A stretch of 64,000 nt of DNA from Minisyncoccia bacterium (lineage in GTDB: Bacteria; Patescibacteriota; Minisyncoccia; Phycocordibacterales; CAIZLB01). The stretch spans positions 18,346-82,345 of the forward strand of contig JBGSHK010000012.1 in NCBI GenBank assembly GCA_041752275.1, given 5' to 3'. The position numbers and the translations under genes are program-made. Below, in pieces: positions 49,678 to 59,712 of the stretch; position 1 is the stretch's first letter; each line of letters begins with the position of its first letter. The notes below the pieces were generated by a model, which was not told where the DNA came from, searched no databases, and saw only the letters and a list, made by a program, of their open reading frames with translations.

Positions 49678-50733
49678 ATGTTAACTGCAATTTTATTTTT
49701 ATTAATATTATCTATACTTGTTTTTGTTCATGAGTTAGGTCATTTTTTATTCGCTAAACTTTTTAAAGTTAGAGTAGATGAGTTTGCAATAGGTTTTCCT
49801 CCGAGAATATTTTCTTTTAAAAAAGGTGAAACAACATATGCTTTAAACGCATTGCCGCTTGGAGGTTATGTTAAAATACACGGTGAAAATCCAGAAGATG
49901 CAGACGATAAAGGGGATAAAAGAAATTTTCAAAATATAAACTGGATAAAACAAATCATCATACTTTCAGCGGGTGTTTTGTTTAATATATTATTTGCATG
50001 GTTTTTAATGTCAATTACTTTATTTGCAGGAACATCAAAACTGGCATTAGATGGTGTTAATGAAAAATACATAGAAGGAGAAAGACAAGTTTTAATACAT
50101 CAAACATTGAAAGATAGTCCGGCTGATATTGCGGGTATAAAGGCGGGAGATTATGTGTTGTCTGTAAACGGATCAAGTACAACGGATATAAAACAAGTAC
50201 AAGAAAGTATTAAAAATGCACCTGCAACTTTCGAGATAATTTTATCTAAAAATAATGCAACTTCAAGCATAAAAGTTGAAAAACTAGATAACAATACTAT
50301 AGGTGTTGGATTAGCTGAAACCGCCAAGGTTCGTATGGATGTATTGCCGAGTCTATATTATGGAGCGCAGGCAACTTACAACCTAACAGTGCAGATATTT
50401 ACAGGTGTTATAGATTTCTTTGGAAAATTGTTTATAGGTCAAGGGTCATGGGATGAAGTCTCTGGTCCTGTTGGTATAGCAAAAGTTGTCGGTACATCTT
50501 CAGAAGAAGGTTTTACTTCACTTTTGTTTGTAACTATACTTATATCTATATCTCTAGCAGCTATGAACATACTTCCTTTTCCAGCACTTGACGGAGGTCG
50601 TATAGTTATAGCATTTATAGAGGGTATTTTTAGACGAAAGTTGTCAATAAAGTTTGTTAACTCTTTAAATTCTATTGGTTTTATATTATTATTAACATTG
50701 ATGTTGATTGTGACAGTTAAAGATATTTTATAA
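49678..50733 (+). CDS. rseP: RIP site-2 metalloprotease RseP (M50)
   Basis: HELGH zinc motif in TM1, PDZ domain, LDGG motif. Confidence 0.85.
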   Translation: MLTAILFLLILSILVFVHELGHFLFAKLFKVRVDEFAIGFPPRIFSFKKGETTYALNALPLGGYVKIHGENPEDADDKGDKRNFQNINWIKQIIILSAGVLFNILFAWFLMSITLFAGTSKLALDGVNEKYIEGERQVLIHQTLKDSPADIAGIKAGDYVLSVNGSSTTDIKQVQESIKNAPATFEIILSKNNATSSIKVEKLDNNTIGVGLAETAKVRMDVLPSLYYGAQATYNLTVQIFTGVIDFFGKLFIGQGSWDEVSGPVGIAKVVGTSSEEGFTSLLFVTILISISLAAMNILPFPALDGGRIVIAFIEGIFRRKLSIKFVNSLNSIGFILLLTLMLIVTVKDIL

Positions 50734-50736
50734 AAA

Positions 50737-52104
50737 ATGGATAATAACCCATACAATAATAACTATCATAAATATTTAGAAAATCTAAAATCTGATTTAG
50801 ATAAATCTAATTCTTTTGTAAATTCTGATTATAAAACAAATTCATATCAGACTGAAAATGAAAAAAATAAATCTAAAATAAGTTTAACTAGACTCAGTCT
50901 TTTTTCCATAGCTATAGTTGTTGTAGGCATATCAGTTATTTCTTTTGTAACACAAAGTACGCTTTTATTTTTTGATAATAATAAAACACAAAATAATAAT
51001 ATTGTTAAAAATACTCAAGATACAAAAACAGATCAAGAAAAACTAGACGAAGAATTAAAAAAGATATATGTAAGAGCTGATTTGAATAATGATATCTTTG
51101 GAAAAGATAATTTACCTTTAGCGACATCGACTGCAGACACAGAAAACAAAGAAGTTTTTGATATTACAAAATATTTTAATGTAAATATACCAGGTGTTGC
51201 ACGTATTGGATTTGATGAAAGATTTGGAAATGATTTTCTTACAGATAATATAAACAAGTATTCAGCCTCAACTCTAGTTATAGGTCAAAGGGATATACCT
51301 GATGAAAATGCACCTGGAGGAGCAGGTTATGACGAGACTTTAGAGGATAGATACGATATTTTTGAAAAAGCAGTTTTACCTATTTTAAGTTCTCGTGCAT
51401 ATCTTATGGCTGATTTAGGTACAGGGGAAATTATACTTGAAAAAAATTCAGACACGGTTTACCCTATAGCATCTGTTAGTAAACTTATGACAGCCGTTAT
51501 AGCAACTGAGAAAATGAATCTTAGTGACATTGCTATAGTTTCCAGTGATGCAACAAACGCATATGGTGGACAGGGTGGCTTAAGGCTTGGTGAGAAAATA
51601 ATACTTTCTGATCTAATATATCCACTTCTTATGGAATCATCAAATGATGCTGCTGAAGTTTTTGCTGATCATTATGGTAGGCAAAAGTTTATGGATGAGA
51701 TGAATAAAAAAGCTACTAGTATAGGTATGGAAAATACTTATTATAATGATCCTTCAGGACTTGATCCAAAAAATAGTTCCAATCCAAAAGATCTTTTAAA
51801 ACTTGTTAGATATATTTGGAAAAATGATCCAAGTATATTTGCCGCTACTCGGGTTAGACAGTTTTCTATAAAAGGTCATACATGGTCAAACAGAAATGCG
51901 CAACTTCCACTTGCAGGTTTTGTTGGAGGTAAAAATGGTTTTATAGATCAGGCTTTGCAAACTACGTCATCTATTTTTGAAATACCTACACTTAAAGGGG
52001 GCACAAGAAAAGTAGTTATAGTGATACTTAAAAGTAATGATAAAAATGGCGATGTTGTAAAATTGATAAATTTTCTTAAAAAGAGTGTGGTGTATACACC
52101 GTAG
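50737..52104 (+). CDS. D-alanyl-D-alanine carboxypeptidase family serine hydrolase (S11-like)
   Basis: SVSK (SxxK), SSND (SxN) and KNG (KTG-like) motifs. N-terminal TM. Confidence 0.6.
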   Translation: MDNNPYNNNYHKYLENLKSDLDKSNSFVNSDYKTNSYQTENEKNKSKISLTRLSLFSIAIVVVGISVISFVTQSTLLFFDNNKTQNNNIVKNTQDTKTDQEKLDEELKKIYVRADLNNDIFGKDNLPLATSTADTENKEVFDITKYFNVNIPGVARIGFDERFGNDFLTDNINKYSASTLVIGQRDIPDENAPGGAGYDETLEDRYDIFEKAVLPILSSRAYLMADLGTGEIILEKNSDTVYPIASVSKLMTAVIATEKMNLSDIAIVSSDATNAYGGQGGLRLGEKIILSDLIYPLLMESSNDAAEVFADHYGRQKFMDEMNKKATSIGMENTYYNDPSGLDPKNSSNPKDLLKLVRYIWKNDPSIFAATRVRQFSIKGHTWSNRNAQLPLAGFVGGKNGFIDQALQTTSSIFEIPTLKGGTRKVVIVILKSNDKNGDVVKLINFLKKSVVYTP

Positions 52105-52105
52105 C

Positions 52106-52194
52106 AAATTTATTTACTCCACTACGTTTCTGGTCCTCGGGGGTTTGTCTAGGACAAACACCTCTGCGGAGAAACTCGTTTCGTAAATAAATTT
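52106..52194. repeat. 89-nt palindromic intergenic element, copy 2
   Basis: Same length and same 11-bp terminal inverted repeats as the copy at 48984. Roughly 80% identical, with differences confined to two internal-loop blocks. Confidence 0.8.
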
Positions 52195-52207
52195 AGTAGA
52201 CCTGTCA

Positions 52208-54031
52208 ATGACCTATTTTGATTTATATGGTAAAATACACAACATGCAAGACGACCAAAAGAAACAAAATGACATAACCTATTTTGGTATAACCGATGCT
52301 CGTGGTAAACAGGTTAAGTTTGGCATACGTAAAGAAGACCGTCTTCGTCATATGTACGTTATAGGAAAGACTGGTATGGGAAAGTCTACCTTACTTGAAA
52401 ACATGGCCATACAAGACATACAAAACGGTGAAGGTATGGCATTTCTCGATCCTCACGGTAAAACTGCAGAGATGCTTTTAGAGTTTGTTCCGGAACATCG
52501 TGTGAAAGATGTAATATATTTCGCACCTTTTGATCTTGAAAACCCCGTAGCTTTGAATGTACTCGAAGATACAGCGCCAGGTGATGAGTCATCACAAAGT
52601 ATACGTTCACAGTTTATAGTATCAGGTTTGATGTCTACTTTTAAAAAAATATGGAAAGATCAATGGTCAGCTCGTATGGAGTATATACTTAACTATACTC
52701 TTTTAGCACTTTTGGAAATACCCGAAGCAACATTACTAGATGTAAACCGTATGTTGTCCGACAAGGCTTTCCGCAAGGATGTTGTGGAAAGACTTAAAGA
52801 GCCGACCGTGAAAGCTTATTGGGAAAAAGAGTTTGCATCCATGACTGATAAGATGGTAGCTGAAGCTGTACCTGCTATACAAAACAAAGTAGGTCAGTTT
52901 ATTTCAAATTCACTTATAAGAAATATTATTGGACAAACCAGATCATCTTTTGATTTTAGAAAAGCTATGGATGAAAAGAAAATAATTATTTTCAATCTTT
53001 CTATAGGGCGTATAGGTGAAGATGCTGTAAACTTGCTTGGATCACTTTTTGTAACAAAAATATATCTTGCCGCCATGAGTCGGGCTGACATGTCTGATCG
53101 TGAGATGCGTGACGTACCAAACTTTTATCTATATGTGGATGAGTTTCAAAACTTTATAAACGATTCATTTGCACAGATACTTTCTCAGGCTCGCAAATAC
53201 AAGCTTGGACTTATAGTCGCACATCAATACGTTAAACAAATGACAGAAATAGTTCACGACGCTATCTTCGGAAACGTGGGTACTATGATTGCATATCGCA
53301 TAGGTGCAGAAGATGCGGACGCGTTTGAAAAAGAGTTCAAGCCAACTTTTCTACCTGAAGATTTTACTAACATAGGACGTTTTCAAATGTATCTTAAGCT
53401 TATGATAGACGGCGTCACCTCCTCAGCTTTTTCCGCTACAGGTATGGGACCATGGCCAGAGCCTGAACAGAGTTTTGTGAAAGAGATTGTTGAGTCATCA
53501 CGTGCACTATACTCTCATCCACGAAAGGAAGTTGAAGCACATATACTCAAATGGACACTTGGTGGAGAGAAAGGGGGAAAGTCAGAAACTGAACAAAAAC
53601 AGAATCAAAATAATAACTCAACTCAAAGTCAAACAACGTCACCTCGTGCTAAAGTTTTTGAGTCTCGAGATATGCAAAATCAACAAAGACCTAGAACAGA
53701 AGTGAAAAGGGATATACCTAGAGATGATTTTCGTCCAAGAGATAACGCGAGAAATGATATTAGAACCGAAACAAGAGTTGATACAAGACCCGAGATAAGG
53801 TCACCAAAACCTCAACCTGTGCACAATCCATTCAAAATGGCCTTTAAAGAAATAGAACAAATAGCCGATAATGAAGTTGTTGATATAAATAAAAAAAATA
53901 CAGAACATGATGTCACAAAAGTTCCGGAAATCACATTTGAAGATATGAAGGTAAGTGTTGATAAACAAAAACTTACACGAAAAGAAATAGATGAAGATAC
54001 TCTTAAAAACGTTTTAGGTTTGAAGGAATAA
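52208..54031 (+). CDS. P-loop ATPase, TraD/VirD4 coupling-protein-like (DUF87/TrwB-like), low-complexity C-terminal tail
   Basis: Walker A GKTGMGKST, DPHGK, Walker B LYVDEFQNF. C-terminal R/P/D-rich region. Confidence 0.5.
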   Translation: MTYFDLYGKIHNMQDDQKKQNDITYFGITDARGKQVKFGIRKEDRLRHMYVIGKTGMGKSTLLENMAIQDIQNGEGMAFLDPHGKTAEMLLEFVPEHRVKDVIYFAPFDLENPVALNVLEDTAPGDESSQSIRSQFIVSGLMSTFKKIWKDQWSARMEYILNYTLLALLEIPEATLLDVNRMLSDKAFRKDVVERLKEPTVKAYWEKEFASMTDKMVAEAVPAIQNKVGQFISNSLIRNIIGQTRSSFDFRKAMDEKKIIIFNLSIGRIGEDAVNLLGSLFVTKIYLAAMSRADMSDREMRDVPNFYLYVDEFQNFINDSFAQILSQARKYKLGLIVAHQYVKQMTEIVHDAIFGNVGTMIAYRIGAEDADAFEKEFKPTFLPEDFTNIGRFQMYLKLMIDGVTSSAFSATGMGPWPEPEQSFVKEIVESSRALYSHPRKEVEAHILKWTLGGEKGGKSETEQKQNQNNNSTQSQTTSPRAKVFESRDMQNQQRPRTEVKRDIPRDDFRPRDNARNDIRTETRVDTRPEIRSPKPQPVHNPFKMAFKEIEQIADNEVVDINKKNTEHDVTKVPEITFEDMKVSVDKQKLTRKEIDEDTLKNVLGLKE

Positions 54032-55082
54032 TTCTGTCAAGTGTGTTGTCAAGAAGTTTTCGTCCACGACGCTCAAAGACTTTATGTACAGCGAAAGAAA
54101 GTAATACTATAAACACCAGCATAAAAGTGAATGACAAATACAAAGGTATATTTTTTATATCTGCATAAGTAAAAAGTATGCGACCGATCTGATGATGTAG
54201 TAGATATACAGGGAAGGTTAACAGTCCAAGTATGTTTATGTATTTATTATTTGGAATAATAAACTTATTTAAAGATATTAGTAAAAATATCACATAAAAG
54301 ACAAGTATATATAAAGCTATAGTTGTAGAACTGAAAGGTATACCATAACCTTCACTTAGATAAGGTATACGTCTAAAGGTAAATATAAGTGCAACTATAA
54401 AAGTATTGCACAGTGCAAATATTCTCCAGTTGTTTAATCCTTTTTTATATATTTTATAGAAAATAATTCCGGCAACAAAATAAGGTATCCACATTATAGC
54501 TTCTTTATCAAAAATAGGTACAAACAACATTAAAACTGAAAGTATAATAGCCAGAGGTTCTATGTCTTTAAATTTTTTAAATAATAAAAGTATAAATATA
54601 ACTAAGTAAAACTTCATCTCAATAAACAGAGTCCAATAAGTTCCGTCCAACGCATCTGCATTGAAAAGTTCTGGCATCATAGTCATACTTGCCAAAAATC
54701 TTGTCCACGACATCTCTGAATATATAAGATGTCCTCCAAAGATCAGAAACAAACTTGTTATGATGGCTGATACCCAAAACACAGGGTATAAACGACCAAC
54801 ACGAGATTTGAAAAAAGCATATGCCCCACGTCCTTCGGCCGAAAGTGAGATCACGAAGCCTGATATGATGAAAAAAAGATCCACACCAAGATAGCCATAT
54901 TGAGAAAGTTGACGAAGCAGCGGTATGTCCACATAAGGAACATCTCTATAGTAAAAAGAGAAGGTATAATGATATATAACCACACCAAGTGCAGCTATGA
55001 AGCGAAGTGTGTTTATAGAGCCTATTTTAGCCGTTTGAGCAGGTGTCTGGTTGGGGTTCTGGGGTATATTTTCAACTGTCAT
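54003..55082 (-). CDS. acyltransferase family 3 (O-acyltransferase) membrane protein
   Basis: About 10 TM helices. Conserved H near the N-terminus (IYHY) and the FFIISGF motif. Confidence 0.8.
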   Translation of the reverse strand: MTVENIPQNPNQTPAQTAKIGSINTLRFIAALGVVIYHYTFSFYYRDVPYVDIPLLRQLSQYGYLGVDLFFIISGFVISLSAEGRGAYAFFKSRVGRLYPVFWVSAIITSLFLIFGGHLIYSEMSWTRFLASMTMMPELFNADALDGTYWTLFIEMKFYLVIFILLLFKKFKDIEPLAIILSVLMLFVPIFDKEAIMWIPYFVAGIIFYKIYKKGLNNWRIFALCNTFIVALIFTFRRIPYLSEGYGIPFSSTTIALYILVFYVIFLLISLNKFIIPNNKYINILGLLTFPVYLLHHQIGRILFTYADIKNIPLYLSFTFMLVFIVLLSFAVHKVFERRGRKLLDNTLDRIIPSNLKRF

Positions 55083-55121
55083 ATAAACCTTAGATTAGCA
55101 GAAATATGAGGTGTAGTCTAT

Positions 55122-56189
55122 TTATAATCGCTTCAAAAAACCAGGTACTATTCTATCTATTTTATGATCAATGAATACACGACCGTGACGTTCAAATAAT
55201 TTGTGTATAATATATGACAGCACAAATAGTAAGAGTATTATAAAAACAAAGGAAATATAAAGTGGAATATTTTTTATATTTGCATATGTGAAAAGTATTC
55301 TGGCTATTTGTTGATGTAAAAGATAAAGAGGGTATGTTAATACACCGAGTATATTTACGTATTTATTATTTGGTATTTTAAACTTGTTCAAAGATATTAG
55401 TAAAAAAATTATAAAAAAAGAAAGTATATATAAAGTTATGGTTGTTGGGTTAAAGTCGGCGCCAGCGAAGTTCGCATTGTGATTGGGTATACGTGCTAGT
55501 GCAAAATATATAGAGATAAACAAGGTGTTACATAAACCAAATATTCTCCAAGGGGTTAAACCTTCTTTGTATACTTTATAAAATAATATGCCGGCTATAA
55601 AGTATGATGTCCATATAATAGGCATATCTGTAAAAAATATTCCTAAAGCGATAAAAACAGATGTAATTATGGAAAATAATTCTATTCTCTTAAATTGTTT
55701 AAAAATAAGTAATAGTAATATTATAAAATAAAATTTAATTTCAACTGCTAGTGTCCAGTATGAAGGATCAAGTAATGTATATGAACCAGGTATGATTTGA
55801 GGGACCATGGTTAAGTTTGCTAAAAACTTATTTAAACCAAGTGGTTGATTTATAATAGCACCACCAAAAACTAAGAACACACCTGTAACTACAGCTGATG
55901 CCCAGAAGACTGGATAAAGTCTACCTAGTCTGGACTTTAGAAAACTATAAGCATTTCGACTTTCTGCAGATAGTGAGATAACAAAACCTGATATTATAAA
56001 AAAAAGTTCAACTCCAAGATATCCGTATTTAAAAAGTTCACGAAGCACTGGTATATCAACCTGCGTAGTCTTCGCATAATAAAAAACAAAACAAAAATGA
56101 TAAAATAAAACAAACATACAAGCCGCGAAGCGCAATGCGTTTATCGATCCTATTTTCTGATTATTTGAAGCTGTGTTTTCTAGGGTCAT
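55122..56189 (-). CDS. acyltransferase family 3 paralog
   Basis: Near-collinear with the preceding gene. Shared blocks YGYLGVELFFIISGFVISLSAE and RLYPVFW. Confidence 0.8.
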   Translation of the reverse strand: MTLENTASNNQKIGSINALRFAACMFVLFYHFCFVFYYAKTTQVDIPVLRELFKYGYLGVELFFIISGFVISLSAESRNAYSFLKSRLGRLYPVFWASAVVTGVFLVFGGAIINQPLGLNKFLANLTMVPQIIPGSYTLLDPSYWTLAVEIKFYFIILLLLIFKQFKRIELFSIITSVFIALGIFFTDMPIIWTSYFIAGILFYKVYKEGLTPWRIFGLCNTLFISIYFALARIPNHNANFAGADFNPTTITLYILSFFIIFLLISLNKFKIPNNKYVNILGVLTYPLYLLHQQIARILFTYANIKNIPLYISFVFIILLLFVLSYIIHKLFERHGRVFIDHKIDRIVPGFLKRL

Positions 56190-56386
56190 GATACGAGTAT
56201 CTTTCTATTATAGCACAATGACACCTAGATAAAGTTTTTTGTAAGAAAAAAGATGTTTCGTATACGACGTATCTTTTGTATAAAGAGTATATAAAATAAG
56301 ATGAAAAATAGTTTTTTATTGACTTATGAAAATGATATTTTACTGTTCTAAAGAAATTTGACCAAAGATTATTTGCCTATATAATT

Positions 56387-56773
56387 ATGCATATGAATCA
56401 AGAAATGAAACACGCCTTCGAAGGTATAAAAACTCATATAGACACACAAATCTCTCATGTAAGGGAAGATATTGTTTCTCTGGAAAACCGTATGACAACT
56501 AAGATGGTTGAACTGGCTGATTTTATGATGGAATCTTTAGAAAATACTAAGGTTGAGTTAAGGGGTGAGATTAAGGAAAGTGCAAATACTTTACGTACAG
56601 AACTAAAAGGTGATATTTCTGATTTACGTACAGAACTAAAAGGTGATATTTTAGATACTAAAATAGAGCTTAAAAAAGAGATAGCTAGCTCTGCTTTTCT
56701 GATAAGAGAAAGTACGGTATCTAAACATGATTTTTCTTTATTAACAAAAAGAGTTGAAGTTTTGGAAGGATAG
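56387..56773 (+). CDS. hypothetical coiled-coil protein with internal 11-aa repeat
   Basis: LRTELKGDISD/LRTELKGDILD, encoded by a 33-nt tandem repeat at 56591-56656. Confidence 0.4.
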   Translation: MHMNQEMKHAFEGIKTHIDTQISHVREDIVSLENRMTTKMVELADFMMESLENTKVELRGEIKESANTLRTELKGDISDLRTELKGDILDTKIELKKEIASSAFLIRESTVSKHDFSLLTKRVEVLEG

Positions 56774-56774
56774 T

Positions 56775-57563
56775 TTATAGCTGTATCCAGTTTTTTGGCA
56801 AAATATCAAGTTCATTTGCACTTTTATCTTTAGTCCATTGTTTTGGAGTTATAACTATTTTACCATCTTTTTGATTTAGATAAGCACCCCACCATGAAAA
56901 AGTTGAGTTGGCGATAATGTTGTGTTTACATTGACTCATTAAAAACATTTCTTCAACTTCTGTTATGTTTTTGTCTGATACAAAAACAGTATTTCCAATG
57001 TTTAGATTTTTACGTACCCATTCTATATCATCGGAGAATATGAAAAAAAGGGGATTATTGATTTTTGATTTTATATAATGTTCAGCATGATAATAATATT
57101 CTAAATCACAAAGTTGATGATGTTTATTGTTTACATAATCACCACGGCGTATGTGTAGTGATACAGAGTTTGTTTGAAGTTTTATGTTGTTGACTATGTT
57201 CTGTGTTTGAGTTGATAGAGGGTTTTTGAGGGTTAGTTCTTGTAGGATTGTGTCTTTTATTTCGGCGAAGTATTTTTCAGATTGAAAAAGGGGATAGTTG
57301 CCTGTGATTTTTGAGATTACTTTTTTGAAAAATTTTGTTATACGGTTTTTTGGGTTTGGTGAAAATTTTGCTTCAGGATTTATATTAAATCGGTCCAAGA
57401 GAAAAGGGCGGGGTGTATCTTTTTTTGAACGAGAGTTGATGAAAAATGAAGTATCGAAAACAACTTCTTTTTTGTCTATGATTTCTAGCTTTCGACCATG
57501 GACGTATTGGAAAAGTTGATTGCCGAGGCCGCCGGTTATGGGGATTACTGTTGGGTTAGACAT
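56775..57563 (-). CDS. GT11 alpha-1,2-fucosyltransferase
   Basis: GGLGNQLFQY and HIRRGDY motifs, characteristic of family GT11. Confidence 0.8.
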   Translation of the reverse strand: MSNPTVIPITGGLGNQLFQYVHGRKLEIIDKKEVVFDTSFFINSRSKKDTPRPFLLDRFNINPEAKFSPNPKNRITKFFKKVISKITGNYPLFQSEKYFAEIKDTILQELTLKNPLSTQTQNIVNNIKLQTNSVSLHIRRGDYVNNKHHQLCDLEYYYHAEHYIKSKINNPLFFIFSDDIEWVRKNLNIGNTVFVSDKNITEVEEMFLMSQCKHNIIANSTFSWWGAYLNQKDGKIVITPKQWTKDKSANELDILPKNWIQL

Positions 57564-58320
57564 TGGATTTTATATTTCTTAATTTGTTTATAATCTTAGC
57601 TAATGTGTAAAAACTGTATTGGTTTTTATATCGCTCTATAATAAGTTTTTGTGTATCTTGCCCTATTTTTATTTTCTCTGCATTACTTTGATTGTTATGT
57701 CTTCTGTAGGCTGTGGTGTTCTGGTATAGGTTTGCGAACTTATATTTGATACCTATTTTAAGCCATAGATCATAATCTTCCCATATAGGTAAGGATTCAT
57801 CATATGAACCAAGGTCTATGATTTCTTGTTTTTTGTACATAACAGAGGAGTGGCAGAAAAAGTTTTTTAAAAGGAGGAGTTTTTTTATACCGAAATTATT
57901 TGAAAGATATTTTATTTTTTTGAGAATGTTGTTGCTTTCATCCACCACAGTCATGTTTGTGCCTATGAGTGTGTAGTCAGGGTTTGTATCTAAAAACTCT
58001 TTTTGAAGTGCAAGTTTATTGTTATCAGTCCAATAATCATCACTATCGAGTACTGCAATGTATTTGCCGTTTGATAGGCTCAGGGCTTTGTTTCGGTTTT
58101 TTGTTATGCCGAGATTTGTTTTGTTCTGTATGTATTTTACGCGAGGGTCAGTTAGGTATGGTTGCAGTATTTGTTCTGTGTTGTCAGTTGAAGTATCATC
58201 CAGTATCAGTAGTTCAAAGTCTGTAAAAGTTTGAGATAGAACAGAGTCTATAGCCTGAGCTATGTAATGAGCACGATTGTAGGTACACATATGTATGGTT
58301 AGGGTGGGGATGTTGTTCAT
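57556..58320 (-). CDS. glycosyltransferase family 2
   Basis: GT-A fold: LTIHMCTYNRA, DDTSTD, DSDD (DxD). Confidence 0.8.
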   Translation of the reverse strand: MNNIPTLTIHMCTYNRAHYIAQAIDSVLSQTFTDFELLILDDTSTDNTEQILQPYLTDPRVKYIQNKTNLGITKNRNKALSLSNGKYIAVLDSDDYWTDNNKLALQKEFLDTNPDYTLIGTNMTVVDESNNILKKIKYLSNNFGIKKLLLLKNFFCHSSVMYKKQEIIDLGSYDESLPIWEDYDLWLKIGIKYKFANLYQNTTAYRRHNNQSNAEKIKIGQDTQKLIIERYKNQYSFYTLAKIINKLRNIKSNV

Positions 58321-58334
58321 ACTCTTATTCTAAT

Positions 58335-59066
58335 CTATTTTTTGATAAACCAAAAACATCCACAGCTGTATTTTTCATCTTTCACAAGATTAGGATCTGC
58401 GTTTATTATTATTCCTCCTTTGCTTGAGTGTTCGGGTATGAGTGAAAATTCTTTCAATTCAAAACCTTCGAAATATGAAATGATTTGCTCATGTGAATAT
58501 ATACGATGTGCATTAAACTCAATCTTTGGCTGTCCTACAGGTGTTACGAACAAAATGTTTCCACCAGGATGTACAACTCTTTTAAGTTCGTCTATGGCTT
58601 TAATATCACCTTCAGGATCTATAGGGTCACCATATCTTCCAAGTCCAACATGTTCTATTGTATGCATACAAGATATTGATTTTACACTATTGGTTTCAAA
58701 AGGGAGAGAGTGTAGATTTCCTTCTAAACTTTTAAGTCCAGAGAGATGTAGGTCTGCAGGTCTATAGTCATAAAAATCAACATCAGTAAAGGCAGAGACT
58801 ATTCCACAAAAATACAGACTCGAGGATATATCTACATGTTTGATAGAATTCATTTCTTTTACTTTTCTTGCGGCCCAAGATGTGTGATAAACATAGTGAC
58901 GGTCAAATCCAGTTTTAATGGTTTTATCTTTTACCTGAGGGTAAAAATCTTTAAAGTTTATGGAAAATCTATTATTTTTGTTAGATGATTTTTTAAATGC
59001 AAAATAATCTTTCAGAATGAAAGGGTATAGGGTTATTCGGATGAGTTTTTTAATGAAGTTTTTCAT
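58335..59066 (-). CDS. SAM-dependent methyltransferase-like protein (DUF268-like)
   Basis: HTIEHVGLGRYGDP...HPGGNILFVTP resembles DUF268 / class I MTase. Confidence 0.4.
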   Translation of the reverse strand: MKNFIKKLIRITLYPFILKDYFAFKKSSNKNNRFSINFKDFYPQVKDKTIKTGFDRHYVYHTSWAARKVKEMNSIKHVDISSSLYFCGIVSAFTDVDFYDYRPADLHLSGLKSLEGNLHSLPFETNSVKSISCMHTIEHVGLGRYGDPIDPEGDIKAIDELKRVVHPGGNILFVTPVGQPKIEFNAHRIYSHEQIISYFEGFELKEFSLIPEHSSKGGIIINADPNLVKDEKYSCGCFWFIKK

Positions 59067-59712
59067 AGATAGTGTTTATGTATGTTTCTGCAAATTTTTT
59101 ATAACCAATTTTTTCTAGATATGGATCAAATATATGATTTAATTTTTTCCCTTCTTCGTTTTTATCATATTCCAAAGTTTCAATTATTAAAAATCTAGGT
59201 CTGAACTTATTCCAATCATTACTTTCTAATACCTCCATATCAAAACCTTCCGTGTCTATAGACATAATATCTATTTCTCTATTTGCAGCATGCTTTTCTA
59301 AAATATCTTTTAAAGGTGATATAAGAATCTTTATAGTTTTATCAAGTGGGTGCCCCATCTTTATGTATTTGTCTGCGGCATCATCATCAAAAGTTGAAAG
59401 TGTACTTTCTTTAAATATGTGAAAGTTCATAACTGAATCAGTTTTACCTATACCTACGTTTAGATTTACATCTCTTTTACGAAGTAGTTTGAATAGCCAC
59501 ATTCTCGAGTGGTTTGGTTCTATGTTTATTCCAGTCCAGCCTTTGTTATAAAACAAAAGAGTGTTGTTAAACTTGATAGGGTGGTTAGCTCCAATGTCCA
59601 CATAGAAACCATCTTTTTTGTTTGGCAGTAGGGATTCTATGATGAGGTCTTCACCGCATTGACTACTCACAAGTCTCAGCCCGAATATTTTTAATAGGAT
59701 TTTATTTAACAT
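59050..59712 (-). CDS. FkbM-family methyltransferase
   Basis: FYVDIGANHPIKFNNTLLFYNKGWTGINIEPN matches the FkbM-domain consensus. Confidence 0.7.
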   Translation of the reverse strand: MLNKILLKIFGLRLVSSQCGEDLIIESLLPNKKDGFYVDIGANHPIKFNNTLLFYNKGWTGINIEPNHSRMWLFKLLRKRDVNLNVGIGKTDSVMNFHIFKESTLSTFDDDAADKYIKMGHPLDKTIKILISPLKDILEKHAANREIDIMSIDTEGFDMEVLESNDWNKFRPRFLIIETLEYDKNEEGKKLNHIFDPYLEKIGYKKFAETYINTIYEKLH

